A DNA stretch of 64,000 nt from a virus (taxonomy: Duplodnaviria > Heunggongvirae > Uroviricota > Caudoviricetes): IMG/VR virus record IMGVR_UViG_3300005260_000047, one strand, 5' to 3'. Position 1 is the first letter of the stretch, and each line of letters opens with the position of its first letter. A program made the translations under genes and the position numbers. Positions 43,443 to 53,495 of this stretch are shown here, piece by piece. The notes beneath the pieces were generated by a model. It was not told the origin of the DNA. It saw only the letters and a program-made list of their open reading frames with translations, and searched no databases.

Positions 43443-45707
43443 TTACTGGCAAGATTCGCAGTTCGGGTTGTCCAGACTGCACATAACCGGCTCGGCTTCC
43501 ATCTTCGACACTTCGACCGGCGCCGGCTGCTCTGCCTTCTTGGCTGATTGCGTTTTCAGGTAGTAAGTCGTCTTGCAGCCAATGCGCCACGCCCTCGTAT
43601 AGATGGCGTCCAGATCCTTGCCCTTGACGGTGGACTTGACGAAGATATTGGTGGACTGCGCCTGGTCGAACCACTTGCCGCGCACGCCGGCCGCCGTCAC
43701 CAGATGGAGCTGGTCAATGTCATGCGCGACCTTGCACAGTTCCGGACGACCGTATTTGAAGCTCGGATCGACCACCTTGAACGGGCCGGACAGGTTTTTC
43801 TTTTTCTCCACCAGCTCGAAGCTTGGCTCGATGGTGGGCGTGGTGCCGACGATGTTGGAAATCGTCGCGGTCGGTGCGATCGCCATCGTGTTGGAGTTGC
43901 GCATACCCTGGCGCATGACCTTGCGCCGCAACGCTTCCCAATCCAGCTCATAGGAGCGCATCGTCAGCGCCTTTGCTTCTGCTTTCGCGGTATCGATTGG
44001 CAAAATACCCTTACTCCACAGCGAACCCGCAAAGGAAGCGTAAGCGCCGCGCTCGGCCGCCAGATCGCTGCTCGCCTCGATGGTGTAGAAGCTGAAATGC
44101 TCCATCAACTGATCAGCCCATTCCAGATGCGCTTGGCTTTCCCAATCGATGCCGCATGCCACCATCGCCTCGGTGTAACCCATCAAGCCTGAGCCGATCG
44201 GACGGTGGCGCGTGTTGGCGTTGCGGGCGCGGTCGGATCCATAGAAGTTGATGTCGATCACGTTATCCAGCATGCGCACGGCGGTGCGCGCGGTGCGGCG
44301 CAGTTTGTCGAAATCCAGCTTACCTTGATGGATATGCTTGGCCAGATTGATCGAGCCGATGTTGCACACGGCGGTCTCGTCATCGGACGTGTTCAGCGTG
44401 ATTTCGGTGCAAAGATTGCTGTTGTGGATAACGCCGACATGCTGCTGCGGATTGCGGCGGTTGCACTCGTCCTTGAACGTGATCCAGGGGTGGCCCGTTT
44501 CGAACAATGACGACAGCATTTTCTTCCACACTTCCTTTGCTGGAATCTGGTGCGTGTAGGCGCCGGCCGCTTCCAGCTCTTCGTAGCGCTGCTTGAAGGC
44601 GTCGCCCCACAGTTCATGCAGTTCCGGATATTTCTTCGGTGAAAAGAAGCTCCACATGCCGTTGGCTTCCTTGCGCTCGAAAAACAAGTCATTGACCCAC
44701 AGCGCCGGATAAATGTCGTGCGCGCGCAGGCGCTCGTCGCCGGATTCCTTCTTCAAGTCGCAGTAGGCATACAGGTCGGGGTGATGCGGCTCGATATACG
44801 GCGCAAAACTACCCTGGCGCTTGCCACCCTGATTGACGGCGACTGCCACGTCGTTGTAAATCTTCAGATAGGGAACGGGGCCGGAGGACGTGCCGTCGGT
44901 TCCCTTGATCCAGCTACCGAGTTCGCGCACCCGATGCCAGTCAGTGCCGACGCCGCCGGCGTATTTGGACAGGATCGCGCATTCGGTGATGGTTCCCATG
45001 ATCGACGCATACGGATGGGCGTCGGAATCAGCCACCAGCGTGTCGGCAACCGTGTTCAAGAAGCAGCTTGCCAACTGACTGTGGCGGGTGCCGGCATTGA
45101 ACAGTGTCGGCGTTGAATTCGAGAAGGCATGCGTGGACAGTACATCGTAAAATTCAATGACGCTGGCGGTTTTGTCGGCTTCATTCAAGGCCAAACCCAT
45201 CGCCACGCGCATGTAGAAATGCTGCGGCAGCTCGATCACGCGGCCCTTCTCGCCTTCACGGATGAAATAGCGGTCAGCCAGCGTTTGAATGCCGAGATAG
45301 GTAAATTGCAAGTCGCGCGCCGGCACTACATGCATATCCAGCGCTTCCAGGTCGAAATCGGTCGCCAGCCGCGGGTCGAGCTTGCCTTCAGCCACGCCTT
45401 TTTCGATATAGGCGCGCAGGGTCGGATATTCGATCGAATTCCAGGCTTCCTTATACAGCTTTTGCAGCACATGACGCGCGGCGACATAGGTATAGTCTTG
45501 GCGCTCCAGTGAAATCAGGCTGGCGGCCGCCTGGGTCAGCGAATCGTGGATCTTGGTCGTGGGCATGCCATCGTAAAACATCAGATCGGCTTCCATTTCG
45601 AGTTCGGATTGGGAAACATCGAGACCGTCGCAGGCCCATTCCGTAGCCTTGTGGATCTTGTTGATGTCTCGCGGCTCTTTACTGCCGTCGCGCTTCGTTA
45701 CAAACAT
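43443..45707 (-). CDS. nrdA: Ribonucleotide reductase class Ia alpha subunit
   Basis: N-terminal ATP-cone 'VTKRDGSKEPRDINKIHKA'. Catalytic-site 'NLCTEI' and 'PIGSGLMG'-type segments and a C-terminal CxxC tail. A TATAAT promoter with an operator site lies upstream at 45740..45767. Confidence 0.9.
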   Translation of the reverse strand: MFVTKRDGSKEPRDINKIHKATEWACDGLDVSQSELEMEADLMFYDGMPTTKIHDSLTQAAASLISLERQDYTYVAARHVLQKLYKEAWNSIEYPTLRAYIEKGVAEGKLDPRLATDFDLEALDMHVVPARDLQFTYLGIQTLADRYFIREGEKGRVIELPQHFYMRVAMGLALNEADKTASVIEFYDVLSTHAFSNSTPTLFNAGTRHSQLASCFLNTVADTLVADSDAHPYASIMGTITECAILSKYAGGVGTDWHRVRELGSWIKGTDGTSSGPVPYLKIYNDVAVAVNQGGKRQGSFAPYIEPHHPDLYAYCDLKKESGDERLRAHDIYPALWVNDLFFERKEANGMWSFFSPKKYPELHELWGDAFKQRYEELEAAGAYTHQIPAKEVWKKMLSSLFETGHPWITFKDECNRRNPQQHVGVIHNSNLCTEITLNTSDDETAVCNIGSINLAKHIHQGKLDFDKLRRTARTAVRMLDNVIDINFYGSDRARNANTRHRPIGSGLMGYTEAMVACGIDWESQAHLEWADQLMEHFSFYTIEASSDLAAERGAYASFAGSLWSKGILPIDTAKAEAKALTMRSYELDWEALRRKVMRQGMRNSNTMAIAPTATISNIVGTTPTIEPSFELVEKKKNLSGPFKVVDPSFKYGRPELCKVAHDIDQLHLVTAAGVRGKWFDQAQSTNIFVKSTVKGKDLDAIYTRAWRIGCKTTYYLKTQSAKKAEQPAPVEVSKMEAEPVMCSLDNPNCESCQ

Positions 45708-45782
45708 GCTTACTTCCTTTAAAAAGATTGGGGTTGGAGATTATACTTAACTCAGTTGTGACTTAATATAAGGGTCGCAAAA

Positions 45783-46253
45783 CTACCAGGCATCGGCCGC
45801 AGTTTGCGGTCGGTCGGGATTGCTCAGCACTTCTTCTTGCACTTTGGCATGCGCGTATTCACGCGGAGGAAATGGCATATAAGCTTGATCGATCTCATGA
45901 CTGACCCGCTTCGGACAAGGCAAAGGCTCCCCCGCCCTGCCCGAACCAGCCCTGCAAATCGCCGTCATGGTGATTCGCTGATCCATGTCAGTCTGCTCAC
46001 GCATGGAATCCACGCGCATATCCACCTGGTCGCAACCATAGCAAGCGGGCAAATCTTGGGCAATCTTTGCCTTGATTTGCCCCTCCATCCTGCGGAGCAT
46101 TTCCTTCTGCATCGCTTCTACCTCCTCTCTTTCGAGAAAGAGATTCAGCTTTTGGGTCGCCTGAATGCGCTGATTGTCCAGGCGCGGACTGGTGTCGATG
46201 CGGCGCTCGATGATTGGCTCACCGAACGCCTCGCGCGGTTCTACTACTGCCAT
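45783..46253 (-). CDS. Hypothetical protein with a Cys cluster
   Basis: 'CYGCDQ...C...C'. An operator plus TATAAT lies upstream at 46286..46307. Confidence 0.45.
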   Translation of the reverse strand: MAVVEPREAFGEPIIERRIDTSPRLDNQRIQATQKLNLFLEREEVEAMQKEMLRRMEGQIKAKIAQDLPACYGCDQVDMRVDSMREQTDMDQRITMTAICRAGSGRAGEPLPCPKRVSHEIDQAYMPFPPREYAHAKVQEEVLSNPDRPQTAADAW

Positions 46254-46289
46254 TGCCGTGTTCCCTAGTTGATCGCTACCCGCTTATTA

Positions 46290-46307
46290 TAGTCAGTAAT
46301 GACTTAT
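46290..46307. promoter_or_regulatory. Operator palindrome tAGTCAgtaaTGACTTat abutting a perfect TATAAT on the minus strand
   Basis: Representative member of the AAGTCA-N4-TGACTT family; see findings for the full list. Confidence 0.5.
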
Positions 46308-46311
46308 CTTA

Positions 46312-46914
46312 TCAGGCGGCAATCAGCATTTTTGAAAAAAGCGGCGATGACCGCCATATCGCCAGCGTTTGCCGGAACTCGTCGGATGCCAGCCCCGCCT
46401 CGATGGCAGCAATCGCGTCGGCCAAATGTTCGCACTTGCTGGCAATCGGCGTTTTCGCCCCCTTGACCACTTTCATGGGCCAGGGTGCGTTCGGGTGTTT
46501 TGCCACCATCGCCTCGATCATTTCTTCCTTTGTTGCAGTCTTGATGCCGCAGCCGGCCAGCTTGACCTCGGTTGGCGTTACCTGAATCAGCGGCAGCGCC
46601 TCAGCCACGCCTGCCAGGATTCCCACACACACGCCATACGACGCCATTGCGCGCGACGACTGGCTGCCTACCGGCACTTCGGCAAATACCATAAATGCAT
46701 TCTTAGCCGCTTCCATCGCCCCCTTATACAAGAGCCTGGCGCGTTCCAGATCCTCGCTGTTCTTGCGCACCTGCTTGCGGACTTTCTTGTCTTTTTCGGG
46801 TTCGGTTTGCACCAGTTGTAAGTCATCCACTTCGAACTTCAGTGTTTCGATGTCGAGTGTCGCGAAGGCGATCCCGAAATTGCTCAGGGATGGATCCATG
46901 CCCGCAATTTTCAT
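46312..46914 (-). CDS. RuvC-like Holliday-junction resolvase
   Basis: 'MKIAGMDPSLSNFGIAFATLD' is the RuvC/YqgF-like N-terminal Asp motif. Further acidic residues follow later in the sequence. Confidence 0.6.
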   Translation of the reverse strand: MKIAGMDPSLSNFGIAFATLDIETLKFEVDDLQLVQTEPEKDKKVRKQVRKNSEDLERARLLYKGAMEAAKNAFMVFAEVPVGSQSSRAMASYGVCVGILAGVAEALPLIQVTPTEVKLAGCGIKTATKEEMIEAMVAKHPNAPWPMKVVKGAKTPIASKCEHLADAIAAIEAGLASDEFRQTLAIWRSSPLFSKMLIAA

Positions 46915-46916
46915 TT

Positions 46917-47483
46917 TCATGCTGTTTTCTCCAGTTTGTAGAACGACTCTTTCAATATTGACCGCGCGCGCCGGATCAGATCGGGGTTCGCCTTTGTCAG
47001 CATATCAAGCATCTGACGCTTTTCTTCCAGATACACTTTGGCAAACTTCGGGTCATACTCCACGATGGTTGATGTATTGGAGATCAAGTCAGCCACCTTG
47101 ATCGTCTGCACTTCCGCGCACTGCGCTTTCAAATGCAGGCAATTGATCTCGAACCGCCTTTGCCGATTGCCGTCTGCCGGCTTTGCGAAATTGGTCAATC
47201 CCGATACGTAATGCGCCACTATCGGGCCAAAGCAATTGCGAATGTCCAGCTCCGATACTTTGGTATCCTCGATCACGTCATGCAGATAGGAAGCCTCCAG
47301 CATTTCGGTGATATGCGGCACGGTGGCGACAATCTCCGCAACTTCGTCCGGATGAACGATATACGGCTCCAGCGTGTATTTGCGAAGCTGCCCTACGGCG
47401 GAATGCGCAGCAAGTGCGAACCAGCGCGCCGCGCGCAACCGACCGGCGTCCTGGCGCGCCTGTTCATATAGCGGCACTACCAT
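46917..47483 (-). CDS. HD-domain phosphohydrolase (SpoT/RelA-HD-like)
   Basis: 'HPDEVAEIV...ASYLHDVIEDT' gives the H...HD...D pattern. Confidence 0.6.
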   Translation of the reverse strand: MVVPLYEQARQDAGRLRAARWFALAAHSAVGQLRKYTLEPYIVHPDEVAEIVATVPHITEMLEASYLHDVIEDTKVSELDIRNCFGPIVAHYVSGLTNFAKPADGNRQRRFEINCLHLKAQCAEVQTIKVADLISNTSTIVEYDPKFAKVYLEEKRQMLDMLTKANPDLIRRARSILKESFYKLEKTA

Positions 47484-48538
47484 GATCCAAACCCGATGTC
47501 CTTATAGACATCAGCCTTTTCCGCCAGGCGCTCGGCGTCACGCTGTTGTGTCACCTCTTTTTTAATATCATTCATTCGTGACTTATAGCCGTCGGCACAA
47601 GAAGCCTCTGCCGCCTCAGCAAAGCCTGCCATCTTCACTAGCGCGTCATCGACCGGCATTTCGGCATGCTGGTATGCCGCTGCTTCCCTTGGCTTGAAAC
47701 AGGCAATCAGCTTTCCCTTCTTGCCAAGGTAGATACTTTGCGGCACGAATTCTTCACCGCCGATGTGACCAGCCTTTTGATAGCCCTTCGATGTCATCAG
47801 AACGGTCAGCGATTCCGGCGCCAGCAGCGTCACCACCGGCTTGGCGCTTTCAAATCCTTTCTGCATTTCAGCCGCCAGCTTTTCCAGCGCGGCTTTGCTT
47901 ACTTCACTCATTTCAGTTGTTGCCATTTCATCCTCTACATGGTTAATCTGAGCTACCTCATCCGTAATGATCCAATCCGCCGTCCGACCTTTTATCTTCG
48001 TAAAATCACCAAACAAATCATTCTTGCGCAGCGGCGTGGACATGAGCATCGACTTGCCAAACGGCCGAATGGATGAAGAGATGCCCAAATCCGGATTGAA
48101 CTGATATTGCTGCTCGAATGATTCTCTGAACGAATCTGCCAACTGTGCTTTAGACTTCTCCACCTGTGCTTTGGACTTCTCCACCATTGCCCAAATTTCC
48201 TTGAGATCATCAGCGGACAGCGACTTGGATGGAGCCGCATTGGTGGTTGTCGCCGTTCCGCTACCGCCAAGGGTTGCAGCAAGCGAGGCTTTCATCAAAG
48301 CCTCACTCAGCTCGTTTCTCGCCTTCATCAAAGCCTCACTCAGCTCGTTTCTCGCCGGTGCCGGAGCGGCCGGCAGGCTGATCTTGAAGTCGTGCAGCGT
48401 AGGCAGCTCCGGAGTAATCGACGCCAATAGCGCATCCGGCGAAGTCAGCGGCTTGTCGCTTCCCTTGCCGACAAACTTCTCCGTATCATTGAGCGCCTTG
48501 ACTTCATCGGGCGACAAACCCTTGAACATTTGTGCCAT
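47477..48538 (-). CDS. Hypothetical protein containing two in-frame tandem DNA repeats
   Basis: A 33-bp x2 repeat at 48291..48356 encodes RNELSEALMKA twice. A 21-bp x2 repeat at 48143..48184 encodes VEKSKAQ twice. Start taken as MAQMFKGL. Confidence 0.45.
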   Translation of the reverse strand: MAQMFKGLSPDEVKALNDTEKFVGKGSDKPLTSPDALLASITPELPTLHDFKISLPAAPAPARNELSEALMKARNELSEALMKASLAATLGGSGTATTTNAAPSKSLSADDLKEIWAMVEKSKAQVEKSKAQLADSFRESFEQQYQFNPDLGISSSIRPFGKSMLMSTPLRKNDLFGDFTKIKGRTADWIITDEVAQINHVEDEMATTEMSEVSKAALEKLAAEMQKGFESAKPVVTLLAPESLTVLMTSKGYQKAGHIGGEEFVPQSIYLGKKGKLIACFKPREAAAYQHAEMPVDDALVKMAGFAEAAEASCADGYKSRMNDIKKEVTQQRDAERLAEKADVYKDIGFGSW

Positions 48539-48617
48539 GCTCTTTTTCGGCGGATTGAACTCCGGATCGCTTGAGCGCGCGCCTGGTCGGGCCAGAAAGT
48601 CAGCCCATTGATTTCCG

Positions 48618-50567
48618 CTAGAAGCCACGATGCGTTGCTCCCGACACGGTTGAAATGCCACTTTCCTTCTTAACGTGGATCACATTGTCGATCCAGTCGC
48701 CAAGTGCGTTGTGCGACACCACCATCACGGTGCCGCGCTCTTTTGCCTTACGATCCAATACCGTCATCAACCTCTCCAGACCTGGCTCGTCAAGCGCATG
48801 GTCGATCTCGTCCGCCATGAACAAGTTGATCGGCTTGGTGGCGCGCGACGCGACCATGTCTTGCAGCGCCATTGCCGCAGCCAGGCGCACCTTGCGTTTT
48901 TCACCGCCGGACAGCGCCTTGAAGGTTTTGCCGCCCTTGTCATTGATGACATCGATGTTGAACTTTTCCTTCAACTCGCCCTTGCTGGTTTTCGCCAGTG
49001 TTGACCATGTCGCGTGAATATTCCCGTCCGCCAATGCACCCAGATATTCACCAGTACGCGCATTGAGAAATGGCGTGACGGTATCGAGAATATGCGCACG
49101 CACGCCGGCTGGCCCGAACACTTTCACGGCGTCAGAAAAAAGCGCATGTTTTTCGGACAAATCATCCACGTCTTTTTGCCGACTCAAAATGGCCAACTCC
49201 ATCTCTTCCAACTGACGCTTTCTCTCAGCAACCGCCTTGACGTAGGGATTTGGCTCAGCCAACTTGACTTTAGCGGCCGCCTTGATCGATTCAACCATAC
49301 GCTCACCATTGGCGACCTCGGCGCGACAACGGGTCAACGTTGCCAGCTCATCGTTGATCGCTGACAATTCCACCGACGCCGCCGACACATCGGTCATACT
49401 TGCCTTAAAGGTGGTGGCCGCCGTCTGCGCGGCATTGAACTCCTCCATCGCTTTTCTGTATTCCTCAACGTTGACGCGCAGGTTAGCAAGAGCCGCTGCG
49501 ATGTTGGTCGAGCGCGCCTTTTTAGCGCCCTCCAGGTCGTGTTCGCAATACGCCTTGCCGCATTCGCCGCACGGCTTACCTACCTGCGCATCAATGTCGG
49601 AAAGATCCTGTTTTTGCTTGTCGATCCGCCTTTTCTCGGTTTCGATATTGGCGCGCAGACTGGCGCAGCGACGGTCGGCGGCGCGAACGACACCCTCCAA
49701 CCTGGCATGCTCCGCTTCCTGCATGGTGCGCGCCGACAATTCTGTCTCCAGCTCACCCTTGCGCGTCGTCAGCGCTTTCTCATCAATGGCGGCCATTACC
49801 GCGCAGGTACGTTTGATCTGTTCAGTCAATGGCATGGTTTTCGCCAACTCTGTCTTGGCGCGATCCTTGCGACCCGCTTCAAACACAGTATGCTCGTTTT
49901 CAATCAGCTCCAGTCCGGACTTGGCGCCCTTCACGCTAGACTGCGCCGAATCGAGCGCCACCTGCGCGGCTTTCAACTCTCCCTCCACCTTCAGGCACGC
50001 CTGACGCGCTTCGGCATAAGCGGCCGCCAGCTCTTCGACGCCGGCCGCTTCCTCGACAATCAGCTTTAACTGCTTGTCGGTCATGCCTGGCAGATCGGGC
50101 ATTGCTTCCTGACCCGCATAGATCGCGCCAACGAACACGTCCAGGCTGCAACCCATGATTCTCTCCACCACCGCCTGCGTTTCTTTATCGGTGCCTTTGG
50201 ACAGGTCGATTGACGGGCCGGTCGGGTCATCGATCTGAAAAGCAAACAGTTGATTCTTGAACCTGGCATGCTTGCGGTAGCGTTCGATCTTATAGAGCGT
50301 GCCGCCATCTTCCAGCATGACGATCACGCTGCAATCTTTTTTGGCGGTCGTGTTGACAATATCGTCGCCGGACACGCCGCGCGCCGTTTCGCCAAACAAA
50401 CACCAGCACAAGGCATCGAGAATCGAAGACTTGCCAGCGCCGTTGGACTTGGCTGACGTATCGTCGCGGTTTTCACCCTGCACCAACAGCAAACCGCGGC
50501 TGTCCAATTCCAGCTCGGCATGCCCGATGGTCAGGCAATTGCGAATCGATAGTGATTTAATGTCCAT
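48618..50567 (-). CDS. sbcC: SbcC/Rad50-family ATPase
   Basis: N-terminal Walker A 'NGAGKSSILDAL', long coiled-coil, C-terminal signature 'LSGGEKRKVRLA' and Walker B 'LFMADEIDHALD'. Confidence 0.85.
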   Translation of the reverse strand: MDIKSLSIRNCLTIGHAELELDSRGLLLVQGENRDDTSAKSNGAGKSSILDALCWCLFGETARGVSGDDIVNTTAKKDCSVIVMLEDGGTLYKIERYRKHARFKNQLFAFQIDDPTGPSIDLSKGTDKETQAVVERIMGCSLDVFVGAIYAGQEAMPDLPGMTDKQLKLIVEEAAGVEELAAAYAEARQACLKVEGELKAAQVALDSAQSSVKGAKSGLELIENEHTVFEAGRKDRAKTELAKTMPLTEQIKRTCAVMAAIDEKALTTRKGELETELSARTMQEAEHARLEGVVRAADRRCASLRANIETEKRRIDKQKQDLSDIDAQVGKPCGECGKAYCEHDLEGAKKARSTNIAAALANLRVNVEEYRKAMEEFNAAQTAATTFKASMTDVSAASVELSAINDELATLTRCRAEVANGERMVESIKAAAKVKLAEPNPYVKAVAERKRQLEEMELAILSRQKDVDDLSEKHALFSDAVKVFGPAGVRAHILDTVTPFLNARTGEYLGALADGNIHATWSTLAKTSKGELKEKFNIDVINDKGGKTFKALSGGEKRKVRLAAAMALQDMVASRATKPINLFMADEIDHALDEPGLERLMTVLDRKAKERGTVMVVSHNALGDWIDNVIHVKKESGISTVSGATHRGF

Positions 50568-51007
50568 CAGAATGTTCCTCCTTGTGGGTAGTGGCCCGCC
50601 TCGTTGATCGTGACATCCACCTTCAGGTTTTCATTAATGTAATCGTGCGCCCTCTTGGCGGCTTCGCGCTCGATCGCTGACTTAATTTCCTTGCGAATGT
50701 CTGAGGCTGGCGGGAACAGCTCCCTAATTCGGTTTTCGATCGCCTGGTTAATCAAGCTATCGAGCTTGCGCTCCTTTAGCGTGTTGTTGACTGTCTCCTG
50801 CGTCATTGCTCGCGCCGCGATTTTGATTTCATTAAAATTCAAACCGTTAGCAAGCAGTGAGGCGCGCACTGCATTCTTGATTTCCTCGCGCGCTTTGGCG
50901 ACTGCCTTCTTGCGTGAAGTGGACAATGCATCAATCTGCTGTGCGGAAAGCGGGAAACCAGCTTCCGCCAGCTCATCAACAATCGTCTTGACGAAAAAGT
51001 CGCTCAT
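50567..51007 (-). CDS. Hypothetical protein
   Basis: 146 aa, between sbcD and sbcC. Confidence 0.45.
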   Translation of the reverse strand: MSDFFVKTIVDELAEAGFPLSAQQIDALSTSRKKAVAKAREEIKNAVRASLLANGLNFNEIKIAARAMTQETVNNTLKERKLDSLINQAIENRIRELFPPASDIRKEIKSAIEREAAKRAHDYINENLKVDVTINEAGHYPQGGTF

Positions 51008-51282
51008 GGCTTCACTCCCCGCACCTGTTCTTCCTGCGCCTCAAGCTCAATAAGGCATCGCATAGCGTGTTGCGCTTTTTTGGCAAACTCAAACGTTGCG
51101 GCATCTTTCGGGAAGATCATTTGACAAACCGCGCCGAAAGATGGGTGATAAATAGTGGTTCGGTAGTCCTTTTCGCATGAATACAGCCGCAACACCCTGC
51201 ATCCAGCATAAGATTTAACCTTGTGCGTTCTTGTCTTGCTCATGCTGTCACGCTCCTTACTCTGGTCAAGATATCGCCACAC
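51004..51282 (-). CDS. Hypothetical protein
   Basis: 92 aa; start uncertain because it overlaps the sbcD 3' end. Confidence 0.35.
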   Translation of the reverse strand: MWRYLDQSKERDSMSKTRTHKVKSYAGCRVLRLYSCEKDYRTTIYHPSFGAVCQMIFPKDAATFEFAKKAQHAMRCLIELEAQEEQVRGVKP

Positions 51283-52304
51283 AAGCGTTTCAGTTCTTCC
51301 TGGCGGTTGAACCCCTGCGCGGTGACAAAGTCGCCAATCGACGCTTCGAGCGTTGCGCCCGCCTTCATGGTCACGCCGCCTGTGCGGGCAACCGGCGCCG
51401 CCTTTACGTCTTGCAGCACGATCACGCCTTTAGCACCGCTATCGAGCATGAACTGGCGCATGGTCTCGACATCGGCCGCCTTGCTGGAATTGATGGTCAC
51501 ACGCACGTAATTGCCATCGACAATCAGCGGGATTTCATCCGGATCGGTCGAACCATCCACTTCCACGAATGCGGGCGCGTGACTGGCGAACCATTTGACT
51601 TCGTCGTCGGACACGATCAGAAAGCCGGATTTCGCATTAACATCGCCCCAGGTCTGCGGCGTCAAGCTGCCGATCGAATACACGCGATTGCCAAAGTTCT
51701 TGTGATGGTGATAGTGGCCAGCGAACACGCGGCGGTAGCCAAGCGAAGCCAGATAGGCGTCATTCAACCCATGATCGGGCAAGCCTGGAATGACACCATC
51801 GATCGGCGCGTGGATCAGCACGTCCAGCTCCTTACGCACCGTCATGTCCACCAGCTCCAATTGCATCTTGAGCGCGGCGATATCAGCAATCCAGGGGATC
51901 ACATACATGCCGGTGCAATCACTGCGGCTGTGAATTTCCGGTTTGTTGACCACCTTGCAACCAACCCCTTCCAACGCCGTGATCGCCGACGATACGCGGG
52001 CCGCCTCCTTGCCTTCGAGGTCGTGATTACCTGCGTCAATGACGACTTGAATGCCATCTTCGATAATGGCCCGATAGCAATCAGTGGTTGGATTTAACAC
52101 CGAAGGCGCGATCGATCCGCGCACATGAAACAGGTCGCCGCCGTGATACAGCGTGTCGCCGCCCGCCTTTTTGATTTCTTGGGCGCAGCGCCAGGTTTCA
52201 TCCAAAATGATTTGCAGGCGGCTATTGACGCCCGACGGCAATACGGTCGCAAATGCAGACCAGCCATGATTGTGGGTATCGGACATCACTCCGTAAGGTT
52301 TCAT
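51240..52304 (-). CDS. sbcD: SbcD/Mre11-family nuclease (calcineurin-like phosphoesterase)
   Basis: 'VMSDTHNH', 'GGDLFHVRG', 'GNHD' and 'GHYHH'. Start MKPYGV with an AAAGGAGAG Shine-Dalgarno. Confidence 0.85.
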   Translation of the reverse strand: MKPYGVMSDTHNHGWSAFATVLPSGVNSRLQIILDETWRCAQEIKKAGGDTLYHGGDLFHVRGSIAPSVLNPTTDCYRAIIEDGIQVVIDAGNHDLEGKEAARVSSAITALEGVGCKVVNKPEIHSRSDCTGMYVIPWIADIAALKMQLELVDMTVRKELDVLIHAPIDGVIPGLPDHGLNDAYLASLGYRRVFAGHYHHHKNFGNRVYSIGSLTPQTWGDVNAKSGFLIVSDDEVKWFASHAPAFVEVDGSTDPDEIPLIVDGNYVRVTINSSKAADVETMRQFMLDSGAKGVIVLQDVKAAPVARTGGVTMKAGATLEASIGDFVTAQGFNRQEELKRLCGDILTRVRSVTA

Positions 52305-52314
52305 TTGCTCTCCT

Positions 52315-52332
52315 TTAGTCACCGATGACTTA
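52315..52332. promoter_or_regulatory. Operator palindrome tAGTCAccgaTGACTTat immediately upstream of the sbcD ribosome-binding site
   Basis: Same 4-nt spacer (ccga) as the site at 3273..3288. Confidence 0.5.
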
Positions 52333-52773
52333 TTACGCAAGTTTATAGAAAATATGTTGCCCGATCAAGCGCACTCTCATCATTGCCAGTCGCCACTTCG
52401 GATGCACTTGCTTGGTGTGGTAAAAAGTCGCGCCGCGCGTGAAGTCGTAAGCCTTGCCCGTCAACACCACCTTTGCGATACGCTGCGCCAGCCACCATGC
52501 CTGTTTCTCTTTTGGCTGCCCTGCTTTCAACAGCCGCTTGTTGCGTACCATTTTCGTCGTCCATGAAAACTGATGCGGTTTGAGGACGACTCCACATACC
52601 TTGCTTTTATCATGCTTGGCGCGGTTCATCGTCACCATCGCCACTGCATACTGCCCCGCGATATTCTCGCCCCTTGCTTCGTGATAGATGTTTAACGCTA
52701 AACACATCGCCGCTGTTGCTAAAATCATGCTTACCCCTTGTCTGTTTTTCATTACCAGCATGGTACGAAACAC
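52333..52773 (-). CDS. SleB/CwlJ-like cell-wall hydrolase (Hydrolase_2)
   Basis: 'NIYHEARGE...AVAMVTMNR...HQFSW'. N-terminal signal-like segment. Confidence 0.6.
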   Translation of the reverse strand: MFRTMLVMKNRQGVSMILATAAMCLALNIYHEARGENIAGQYAVAMVTMNRAKHDKSKVCGVVLKPHQFSWTTKMVRNKRLLKAGQPKEKQAWWLAQRIAKVVLTGKAYDFTRGATFYHTKQVHPKWRLAMMRVRLIGQHIFYKLA

Positions 52774-52785
52774 ACTTAGGACTTA

Positions 52786-53163
52786 CTACCGCATCTTGAC
52801 GGCGCTTTCGATATATTTCGTGTTTTTGCCTGGGTCGATTCGGAACCGCGATAACGGCAGCCCGCGCTGGCGCGATGAACTGAAACGCGCAAACGAATGC
52901 GGACTTTCGAAAAAGTCGTTCACATGCGTCAACCAGACCAGCCGGTCTTTACCGTTGCGACGCACAACCCCCACCGCATAGATACCTTCCGCACGGCATC
53001 GCTCCAGTGTTGAAACGTCAATGTACCAGGCGTGGTGCTTACGACAGACATCCTCCGCTTTGCGATGCGCGAGATACAGACGATTGCCCTTGGCGGTCTC
53101 GTACCAGCAACCGAAAAGCTTGCCATTGACGGTATGGTAGGTTTTTTTCAAAACACGCCCCAC
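52786..53163 (-). CDS. Hypothetical protein
   Basis: 125 aa. Confidence 0.45.
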   Translation of the reverse strand: MGRVLKKTYHTVNGKLFGCWYETAKGNRLYLAHRKAEDVCRKHHAWYIDVSTLERCRAEGIYAVGVVRRNGKDRLVWLTHVNDFFESPHSFARFSSSRQRGLPLSRFRIDPGKNTKYIESAVKMR

Positions 53164-53486
53164 GCCTCATACGCGATCGTCGGCTCTGCCGGCGGCGGCG
53201 GCACATGCGACACTCCTTCGCCCGCTTGCGTCATCAAGCCGAGCGACTGCCAGGTCTTGTACTTGGCACGCAGCGACTTCGACTCCTGGATCGTCATGTC
53301 CAGCAGCGTGTTGACTTCCGCGTTGAAGAAATTCGTCTGGACATTCTTGGTGCGGCGCTCCTCGCGCAGCCACACCAAGTAGCCCGAATCTTCCTTATAA
53401 ACAGTCTCGATCGTCTTACCTTTGTGTCTGCCAAAGGTGATTACGTCTTCCAGGCCAATATGTTCAATAACGTCGGCAGCTTTCAT
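53148..53486 (-). CDS. Hypothetical protein (DUF3820-like 'GKHKGKT...YLVWL' motif)
   Basis: 112 aa. Confidence 0.4.
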   Translation of the reverse strand: MKAADVIEHIGLEDVITFGRHKGKTIETVYKEDSGYLVWLREERRTKNVQTNFFNAEVNTLLDMTIQESKSLRAKYKTWQSLGLMTQAGEGVSHVPPPPAEPTIAYEAWGVF

Positions 53487-53495
53487 TCCAACCTC

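Noticed and set aside
51231-52097. 288-aa plus-strand ORF inside sbcD
   Set aside because: It is antisense to SbcD.
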